Below, piece after piece: positions 54,499-64,000 of a stretch of DNA of 64,000 nt; the stretch's first letter is position 1; the number at the start of each line of letters is the position of its first letter. A program made the translations under genes and the position numbers. The stretch comes from Malacoraja senta (lineage: Eukaryota), in the NCBI GenBank assembly GCA_038087875.1, contig CM075988.1, positions 22,942,001 through 23,006,000 of the forward strand, in the 5' to 3' direction. The notes beneath the pieces were generated by a model. That model saw nothing but the letters and a program-made list of their open reading frames with translations. It was not told the origin of the DNA and did not search any database.

Positions 54499-55100
54499 AA
54501 ATTAAAAACCGAAGTTGCTCACTAACCCTGGCACCTTCCGTGGAAGGAGAAACTGTTAATGTTTCAGCTCAATCAGCTTTCGTCAGAGGTGGGGCTGTTC
54601 CCAAACCCGTGCTGTGATGCATCTTAATAAAATGCTTTTTATAGCGCATCTGTAGAAGTCGGTGAGAGTTCTTGGGGACATTTCAAACTTCCTAAGCCTT
54701 CTAAGGTGTTGGCGTGCTTTTATGGCCATTGCTTCAATGTGGCTAATCCAGGACATCTAGCTGGTGATATTTATTCCTCAGAACTTGAAGCTTTCAACAA
54801 TCTATACTTTGGCACCCTCAATGTATATCAGAGTGTGTGCACTACTTCGCTTCCGGAAGTCAATCACAATATCCTTTGTCTTGCAGAAGAAGGGTCTTGA
54901 CCCGAAATGTCACCTATTCCTTCACTACATAGATGCTGCCTCACCCGCTGAGTTTCTCCAGCATTTTTGTCTACCTTTAAAGGGAGTGTTATCTTGGCAC
55001 TATGTTACGAGGTTCTCAATCTCCTTCTTGTACTGAAATGTTGTGAGGACCAAATAATGTTTGATCTTGCAGAGGATATTGTGGATAGAAGGTTGTGAAT

Positions 55101-55327
55101 CTTCTTCTTCTTGCGAATGAAACATAAACAAACCAAAGGAATAGTTAGATCTCAAGCCGGGTGTTGAGCAGCCAGGTTGTTATCTCTGTTGGCGTCAATG
55201 TCTGCCAGGCCCTGACAGAGCTCCATTTGGTGGGTGGTAGAGCGGGCACCCAGAGATGACATGGTTGGCTGTCTGTTGTTCTGCTCCGCATTCACAGGCT
55301 GGGCTCTGGCGGAGCCCCCATCTCCGG
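55101..55327 (-). mobile_element. Vingi/Ingi-like LINE 3' fragment with CCHC knuckle
   Basis: Minus strand RWGLRQSPACECGAEQQTANHVISGCPLYHPPNG...TWLLNTRLEI* and (GAA)n tail. Confidence 0.75.
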
Positions 55328-55789
55328 TTGCGAATGAGAACCATGTACTGTAATCAGAAGCCTTTACTGGATGCTGTTACCCTGTTACAACAGGTGAACT
55401 GTGGACATTGAGTAAGTTGGTATTTAAAATGGCACCTAACGCACAGGAATTACGCAGCGGTCAAATTACTGTTCTAACTGGACTAACAATTGAATGGCCT
55501 AAGTTCAAATCCCACTACGACATGCAACAGTTTGTAACAGTGAATTTGAGGGGAACAGAAAAACTGATCTTAATAATCTTGACCATAGTAACTACCAGGT
55601 GGTTGTACAATGAATCTGATTCTCCGGCATATTTCAGCAGAGGACTAATCCATCGGCATTAGTCTTGTGTGCCTGCAGTCCCACCCTGTGTACTTGGCCC
55701 TTAACATGCCCACTGAATTGGCCAAACAATCATTCATTTGTAAGTGGGCAATCACTGCCTTCTAAATAAAAGATAAGAGCATGATGTGT

Positions 55790-56115
55790 TTTTTAGTTGA
55801 GATTAGTAATACAACATGGAACCAGGCCCATCAGCCCACCGAGTCCACGCTAACCATCAATCATCCATTCTCACTCATTTCACGTTATCCCACTTTCTCA
55901 TCCACTCCCTACACACTAGGGACAATTTGCAGTCACCAATTAACCTACAAACCCGCAGGTCTTTGTGGTGTGGGAGGAAACCGGAGCACCCAGATGAAGC
56001 CTACGCTGCCACAGGGAGAACGTGCAAACTCCACACTAACAATACTGGAGCCAGTACTGAAACTGGGTCTCTGGCGCTGTGGGGAAGCAGATCTACCAGC
56101 TGCACCACCGTGCCA
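55790..56115 (-). mobile_element. HE1/V-SINE, older subfamily
   Basis: Diverged reverse-complement HE1. Confidence 0.8.
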
Positions 56116-57749
56116 ACCTACTGCGCCACTGCATTGCCCTATTTGTGATGGTATTTTCATGAGCCATTTCATATCTTTGCAAGTACGATGTGAACTTGGA
56201 TGTGTGCACGCTCACTCTGAACAGAAGAGTTTCAGCCCCATCAGTGAGTGTGTTCCTATCCATGGAACTGCAGGACAGGATGGGAATTGCATTTATGGTT
56301 TTGCCTTCAGGATGGGCCAGAAGCATCCTGTATGTAGTCAATGTTACTTCTCCAGTGTGCAGTCACTTTCAAGGTGTTGACAATTCAACCTAAATCCCAG
56401 AGGCAGGAAATTATACAAAGTCGTGCTTCCATTGTCATTGATATCGCCCAGACTTGTATTGTTTTCTCTGGAACGCCAGAGGTGGAGGGGAAAACTGCTA
56501 GAAATGTCCAAAATCACGAGAGGCATACAGTAGATAGGGTAGACAGTCAGAACTTTTTTCGCAGGATGGAAAAAGCAACTACTAAAATCTAAAACTAGAG
56601 GGTATAGGTTTAAAATGAGGGAATGATTTCAAAAGGATCTGAGAGGTATGTTTTTCACATGATGGGTGGTGGATATATGGAAGGAGGTGCCAGGGGAGGT
56701 GGTAGAGGCAGGAATATTTGTGCTCAATAATAATTTCAACATGTACGTGGATGGGAAAGATGTAGAGGGATAAGGGTGAAATATCGGCAAATGGGTTTAA
56801 TGTGGATAGGTATCTTGGTCGGCATGGACAAATTTGGCCGAAGTACTTGTTTCCGTGCTGCCTAACTATAAATCTATAAACAAGGCAGCACAGTGGCTCA
56901 ACAATTACTGCTGCTGCCTCAGTTCCAGTGAACTGGGTTCAATCCTGACCTTGAGTGTTGTCCATGTGGAGTTTGCATGTCCTCCCACTGACTCTGTGGG
57001 CTTCTGCCGGCACCTCCGGTTTTCACCCCGCATCCCAAAGAAGAGCTAGTCGGTTAATTATTCCACAGTGACAAAAGTTGATGGTCATTTGAGACATGTA
57101 GAGTCATGAAGTCATACAGCGTGGAAACAGGCCCTTCAGCCCATCTTGCCCACGGTGCCCAACATGAGACAGAATGAATTGTAGGTCTACAGGGATAGAT
57201 GAAGGGGGAGTGATGGGAGCTGGCTTGGACCAAAAGGGTTGAATGGCCTTTATCTGTGTAATAGTTATTCAATGTAACAACAATTTGCATTTGTAAGGTA
57301 CTTTTTATCATAGTACCACTGGAGTTGACGCTATTCATTTGGAACACTATATCGATGTTCTTGGATGGATGTAGAAAATCCCTCGGCAATATTTAATGGA
57401 ATGAATACAAGGCTCCTGGCAGTGAGATGCCCTGCCAGAGTGATGTCTTTGTCTGGGGAGCAGGCAGTGTGTGACTTTGATGCCATGTTAAGGCATTACC
57501 ACTGTGACTACTCTTCGAAACCCGCTCTCCGTTGCTTGAAGACCAACGTAACATTGTGAACAGCACCATATCAACACAGAGCTCTCTTTCTTTCAATACA
57601 GGGGCGCCATGAGCCAAAATATGACACCAACCCGCATAAGGAGATATTAGAACAAATTACCAAAAGCTTTGTCAAAGAGGTAGGTTTTAAAGTGCGTCTT
57701 AGATGAGGTGAGAAGCAACTTGGTCCTAAATGATCCTAATTCCAGATCC

Positions 57750-58380
57750 TTAGAGTCATAGAGTCATACAGCATGGAAACAGGCCCTTCTGCCCAACTTG
57801 CCAATGCCAACCAACATACCTCATCTACATTAGTCCCACGTCTGCATTTGGCCCATATCCCACTAAACCTATCCTATCCATATACCCGTCCAAATGTTTC
57901 TTGAACATTGTGATAGTACCTGCCTTAACTACCTCCTCTGGCAGTTTGTTCCATACAACCACCACCCTTTGTATAAAATGGTTGCCCCTCAGGTTCCTTT
58001 TATATCTTTCCCCCTCACCCTAAACTTATGTTCGCTGGTTCTTGATTCGCCTACTTTGGGTTAAAGACTGTGCATTTACTCTATCTATTTGACTCATGAT
58101 TTTATACACTTCTATAAGATCATCCCTCATCCTCCTGCGCTCCAAGGAATAGAGTCCTAGCCTGCTCAACCTCTCCCTGCAGCTCAGGCTCTAGAAGTCT
58201 GACAACATCCTTGTAAATCTTCACTGCATCCTTTCCAGCTTAAGAACATCTTTCTTGAAACAGGTTGACCAAAACTGAACTCTAAATACTCTGTGTGGCC
58301 TCACCAATGTCTTGTACAACTGTCACATACATGATCTGCCAACGTCTATACTCAATACTCTGACTAATGAAGGCCAATCC
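57750..58380 (-). mobile_element. CR1/HER1 3' fragment
   Basis: CR1 ORF2 end and (tatgactc)n tail on the minus strand. Confidence 0.85.
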
Positions 58381-59019
58381 TTTTCCCATCGATTTCTGGG
58401 ATCTGGGATAGTACTTCATCAATCAAGAAATGTTGACAGAAATGGGGGAAAAAGGAGACATACGGTAGTAGTTCCAACACAATTTCCGGGATAGTGGAGA
58501 GGGTTTAAGGGACCACATAGCCTTTCCGTGTTTCTACACTTTTCTCACTTTTTGTTTGTGGATTAGAACTTGGAGGTGTGATCTGAGAATGTAGACGGTG
58601 GCAACACATCTCCAATGGCGGTGGTGAAAATCAGAACTAGGCAAAACAGCGTCAATAAGTTTAGAATTCGTAGTTAACTGAAATCTATTGGGCCATTGAT
58701 GAATTCAGTGGATACAAAAATGTCCCAAAACATTGTCCATCTATTTCCCTCGACAGACGCCCCCTGACCCACTGAGTTCTTCCCGCAGTGTGTTTTTTGG
58801 ACTATTTTATATCCAGCAGGTGATTTACTCTGCCACTTTCCCCATCCAGATAGTGGTTGTGTGTGTATTAGAGTCAGCCATGTGAGTGTTTGCTCCAGTT
58901 TGTGTTGAGATCTCGGTTTAGGTTTAGTGTAATTTATGATTGTCACATTTACTGAGGTACAGTGAAAAGCTATTGTTGCATGCTATCCAGTCAAAGAGAA
59001 GACTACATTCTTAAGGGCT

Positions 59020-59395
59020 TAAAGATTGTTAAGGGCTTGGACACGCTAGAGGCAGGAAACATGTTCCCGATGTTGGGGGAGTCCGGAACCAGGGGCCACA
59101 GTTTAAGAATAAGGAGTAAGCCATTTAGAACGGAGACGAGGAAACACTTTTTCTCACAGAGAGTGGTGAGTCTGTGGAATTCTCTGCCTCAGAGGGCGGT
59201 GGAGGCAGGCTCTCTGGATGCTTTCAAGAGAGAGCTAGATAGGGTTCTTGAAAATAGTGTAGTCAGGGGATATGGGGAGAAGGCAGGAACGGGGTACTGA
59301 TTGGGGATGATCAGCCATGATCACATTGAATGGCGGTGCTGGCACGAAGGGCCGAATGGCCTACTCCTGCACCTATTGTCTATTGTCTATTGTCT
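59020..59395 (+). mobile_element. CR1/HER1 3' fragment inserted in a Rex1-type tail
   Basis: KIVKGLDTLEAGNMFPMLGESGTRGHSLRIRSK; (tattgtc)n tail. Confidence 0.9.
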
Positions 59396-60116
59396 ATATG
59401 ATTACAATCAAACCACCCACAGTGTACAGATAAAGGATAATGGGTAAAACACTTCGTGATAAAGTCCGATAAAGCCCGATTAAAGATAGTTTAAACATGT
59501 TGAAGGAAGTAGATGGGAGGTCTATACCACACTCTAGCTGGTGAGAGGATGGTTCAGTTGCCTGATAACAGCTGGGATGAAACTGGGAAGGGCTGGAATG
59601 ATTACAGCTGGATACAAGTACCACAGGAAATTAGTCATTCAGACAGTCTGTGTAAAATGGAATGATTCAATGATTCAAAGATACTTTATTGTCACATATA
59701 CCTAGGTACAGTGAAATAATTTATTTTGCATACAACCCTGTAAAATTATACCGCAGACCTCACCTGGGCACTAAACGAGTCACCACATTTCTAGTGCCGA
59801 CAAAGTTACAAAAAGTTCATCGAACAGTTTTATCTTCTGCCTGCCGCCTGTACCGAGGTACTTTGCAAAACATTTGCACTGTTCCTCAGTACATGTGACA
59901 ATAATAAACTGCACTAAACCACTCCAAATTGAACAGTCCTATCACATTTCTGAGATCCTCACCCCATAACATTTCCTTCACTTCCAACAACAACAATTTT
60001 TATTTATCTAGTTTCTTTAACATCACAAAAATGGTCGTTTGCACTTCAGAAAAATATCATCAAACCTAAATTATTGTACTTATTATCTTCCAAAATCAAT
60101 CTTTCATTGGTTACAT

Positions 60117-60432
60117 TAGTTTAGTTTAGTTTAGTTTAGATATACAACGCAGAAACAGGCCCTTCGGTCACCCGAGTCCGCGCCGGCCAGCGATCCCCAC
60201 TCACTAACACTGTCCTATACGCACTGGGGACAATTTACAATTATACCAAGCCAATTAACCTACAAACCTGTACGTCTTTGGAGTGTGAGAGGAAACCAGA
60301 GATCCTGGAGAAAACCCACGCAGGTCATGGGGAGAATGTACAAACTCTGTACATACAGCACCCGTAGTCAGGATCGAACCTGGGTCCCTGGTGCTGAAGC
60401 AGCAACTCTACCGCTGCGCCACTCTGCCGCCC
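60117..60432 (-). mobile_element. HE1/V-SINE
   Basis: Reverse complement of HE1 consensus. Confidence 0.88.
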
Positions 60433-60909
60433 ATGGTTGGAGTTTATTTTGTTTAATGTTAATATTTCTAAACATGTCCTCAATCTATTCTCTCTTAAAT
60501 GCATTTAGAGATTAAAAATGGGATAATAAAGCATTCACGCTAATCCAGGAAATGGAGGTTCAGGAATGGAGTGTCTTATCCTGAGGGAATCTAGCAAAGA
60601 TCCTGTGACTGCTTCACCCTGGCTGGTGTTGACACTTAGTGGATGGTCTCTCCCCTAGCCCCTGCCCATAGTCCATGGAACTCTCCTGGTGATTCCAACA
60701 TTAGCCGGGCTCTGGTTTCGTTTTGTTCAGGAGAGAAGAACACGAGGCAAATAACTGGCCAGCGTTCCCGGAGCATGCAAATTCTGAAGTACGTTTGCAT
60801 AAGAATTATTCCGGAGGAGGAAGGGGTAGAGTTCACCTTATAGGGGGTGAGTAAGATGTCATTGAGGCCAACTCCTGCATTTCATCTCTTATTTCTCATT
60901 TTGTGGAGA

Positions 60910-61270
60910 AGTGTATAAAATCATGAGAGGAATAGATCGGGTAGATTGCACAGAATCTCTTGCCCAGAGTGGGGGAATCGAAGACCAGAGGACATAGGTT
61001 CAAGGTGAAGGGGAAAAGATTTAATAGGAATCTGAGGGGTAATTTTTTCACACAAAGGGTGGTTGGTGTTTGGAACGAGCTGCCAGAGGAGGTGGTTGAG
61101 GCTGGGACTATCCCAACGTTTAAGAAACAGTTAGACAGGTACATGGATAGGACAAGTTTAGAGGGATATGGACCAAACACAGGCAGGTGGGACTAGTATA
61201 GCTGGGATATGTTGGCTGGTGTGGGCAAGTTGGGCCGAAGGGCCTGTTTCCACACTGTGTCACTCTATGG
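60910..61270 (+). mobile_element. CR1/HER1 3' fragment
   Basis: PRVGESKTRGHRFKVKG...RVVGVWNELPEEVVEA. Confidence 0.9.
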
Positions 61271-61528
61271 CCCTAAGAGCGATCATCAAGAGGAAAGTGT
61301 ACAGTAAACAGCAGGACCTTTAATAAAGATTTTGGGGGGCAAATCCATAAGTCCTTGAAAGTGGCAACACAAGAGGACAGAGTGGTAAAATAAATCCACC
61401 GAAGATAGACACAAAGTCAGCGGGTCAGGCAGCATCTCTGGAGAAAAAGAATGGGTGACGCTTCGGGTCGGAACCCTTATTGTTTGTTGCTTGCTTGTTT
61501 GTAGCGGTCTGGGCATGGGTTTAAAAAT

Positions 61529-61741
61529 GGCTCACCATTGTAGTGAGACCAGGCAGGTTGAGCGAAATGTTTTTTGTTCACAAAACACAAACAAAAGCTC
61601 GTAATACCGCGTACTTAGTCTAACTAACGGATACAGCTCCTGTCGATGGGAGGAGCGTTAATTACTAACTAAAAGCCCGTGACAGTGCCGACCAATGACG
61701 AGGGTTCTGACTTCCCAGCCCCACCACTAGGTGCCGCTACA
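61529..61741 (-). mobile_element. Possible short LTR (~200 bp) with PBS-like TGG
   Basis: Minus strand TGTAG...CTACA (61741..61539) followed by aTGGTGAGCC; no TSD seen. Confidence 0.4.
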
Positions 61742-62864
61742 CCAAATTGTATCAGATTTGTATCAAACTTTGACAAGACCACTCATGGAGTATTATGCGC
61801 ATTTCTGGTCACCCTACTACGGGAAGGATGTGGAAGCTTTGGAAAAAGTGCGGAAGCGATCCTAGATTGGAGTCTATTAGGTATAAGGAGATTTTGGACA
61901 AACGTGGATTGTTTTCTTTGGCGAGTCAGAGGCTGAGGAGAGACTTGATGGAAGTATATCGAATTAAGAGAGGCACGGATAGTGTTGGTGTTTTTTTCCA
62001 GGGTGCAAATGTCAAATACCAGAGCAAAGAATTTCACTGTGACTTGTCACATGTGACAATGAAGTGTTCATGCATTCATTCCGAGGTCATTGGTTTCAGG
62101 TGAGAGAGGGAAAGATTAAAGGAGACATGCGGGGCAAATTTTTACACAGAGAATGTGCTGTCAGGGTAAGTGCTGGAAGTGGATATGATGGCAATGTCTA
62201 AAAAATATGTGAACTGACACAGGGACAGGCAGGGAATGGAGGGATGTGGACCATTTGCGGGTAGATGGGATGACTTCAGATTGGCACCATGATCAGTGCA
62301 GACATGGTGGGCAGAAGGGAAGCAAATCCCAGGCCTTTTTTTTAATCATATTTGCTTGCCTTTGCTTTTTGCAGAATTTCCAACTTTGGTCAAATGAGAA
62401 CTGTCTCGTTTAAAAGAATGAGGAGTTCAGAAGTGTTGCTGAGGTGAAAATTGATGCAGTGCAAGACTACCAGTTTGATGCCTTGCTCTATATTTTACAT
62501 GGAAACATAGAAACATAGAAAATAGGTGCAGGAGGAAGCCATTCGGCCCTTCGATCAGCCCATTCATTGTGATCATGGCTGATCGTCCCCAATCAATTAC
62601 CCGTGCCTGCCATATCCCTTGATTATTGATCAATTAGTTGAGGCAGGTTCGGTAATAACATTTAAAAGACACTTGGACAGGTACATGGATAGGGAAGGTT
62701 TGGGGGGACATGTGTCAAATGCAGGCAAGTGGGACTAAATTAGTTGGGCCAAAGGGCTTGTTTCCATGTCCTATGACTCAATTAACTGCAAGAATGTGCC
62801 ATTGATTGCATTATAATGTCTCATTATGTTTGCATAATAAACTTTTCATCTCCTTCCTCTTCAG

Positions 62865-62910
62865 ACAGGAACCAACTCTTCTCAACCATCACCTTATGTC
62901 CAAATGTCTG
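62865..62910 (+). CDS. POU2AF2: POU2AF2 next coding exon (46 nt)
   Basis: Strong acceptor ttttcatctccttcctcttcag and donor G|GTAAGT; phase 0 to 1, compatible with the 33795 donor; TGTNSSQPSPYVQMS(G) aligns with mammalian GSVSSSQSPFVQMP(G). Confidence 0.88.
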
Positions 62911-64000
62911 GTAAGTGGAATTTTCTGCCAAATATTTGCAAAGTGCTAAAAAGGATGTAAGGATGTTTAGAATATGGTTTGGGGTCTTTCTTCTTGCTTC
63001 CCTCATGAGGTTGTCTTTACCGTTACACAAACTAACAATAACCATTCACAAAGTACAAGGCAGTGTTTAGTTTCGTTTTTAGTTTACAGCGCTGTATTTA
63101 GAGATACAGCGCAGAAACAGGCCCTTCGGCCCACCAAGTCCGCACTGACCAGTGATCCCTGCACATTAGCACTACCCTACACACACGAGGGACAATTTTA
63201 CAGTTACACCAATCCAATTAACCTACAAACCTGTACGTCGTTGGATAGTTCAGTTACCTGTAACAGCTTCAGTAACTTGGTCTCACCCTGACCCCCAGTG
63301 TGTGTGTGTGGAGTTTGCACGCTCTTCCTGCGACCATATGGGATTTCTTTGGGTGCTCCAGATTCCACCCACATTACAAGGATATGCAGGTCGGTAGGTT
63401 AATTGGCTTTTGTAAATTGCCCTCAGCGTGTAGAATGTAAACGTTGGATAACATAGAACTAGTGTGAATGGTTAATCGATGGTCGGAGTGGACTCGGTGG
63501 GCCGAAGGGCCTGTTTCCATGCTGTTTCTCGAAACTAAACTAAAACAGAATCTTGAATTCTCTACAATGCCTCAAACGAAATGTAGGAAAACAATGATAT
63601 TTGGAAATAATAATAATAATAATAATAATCATTTTATTTACTGGCGCCTTTCTAAAACCCAAGGACACCTTACAATGCATAGAATCACAACAAAACAAAA
63701 AAACACATAATCGGAATAAATTAAATATAAAAACACCACAGTACACAAATCAAGGACAGAATTCAATTTCAAGAGCACCAAAAGAAAATAAGAAACACAA
63801 TAAGAAATGGATTGAGTCCTTTGGTTCAATGATTTCTAAAGCCAATGATTGAATTCTATTACCAGTGATGGTCCCGTAAACTGCAGCATTGTGTGATGGT
63901 AATTAATGATGAGTTTCATCGCTGGTTGTAGTGAGTGCTAACACATTTCATATCTATTTGTATAGGTGCCCATGTTATACCCAGCTACTATGGTGTAAGA

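Noticed and set aside
62826..62942. Octamer-like sites (TTTGCATAAT, ATTTGCAA) flanking the 46-nt POU2AF2 exon, suggesting autoregulation
   Set aside because: Imperfect matches to ATGCAAAT in AT-rich DNA; not distinguishable from chance without conservation data

Overview
Repeat-dense vertebrate genomic DNA, most likely a cartilaginous fish (skate/ray-like). This is inferred from the HE1/V-SINE, CR1(HER1), Rex1, L1 and Penelope repeat spectrum. A 200-N assembly gap lies at 13459..13658. Left of the gap is a near-identical ~7.6 kb tandem duplication carrying a divergent 4-exon gene with exchangeable-apolipoprotein (ApoA-I/A-IV/E-type) architecture: non-coding exon 1, a 43-nt signal-peptide exon, a phase 1-2 exon 3, and a terminal amphipathic exon. 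The second unit has lost the terminal exon in a ~2 kb deletion. Right of the gap are two + strand coding exons of POU2AF2 (OCA-T1/C11orf53), at 33683..33795 and 62865..62910, separated by a 29 kb TE-filled intron. Notable mobile DNA: a 133-bp TSD-flanked retroelement with a minimal HDV/CPEB3-like ribozyme fold at its 5' end and a Vingi-like (AAG)n tail; many Penelope-derived repeats with minimal hammerhead motifs, often as inverted pairs; a young 5'-inverted (twin-primed) L1 with an 18-bp TSD; Harbinger-like MITEs; a Helitron-like end; and a teleost AFC-like SINE. Nearly all ORFs in the supplied track are repeat-derived. Family names come from recalled motifs, not database searches.
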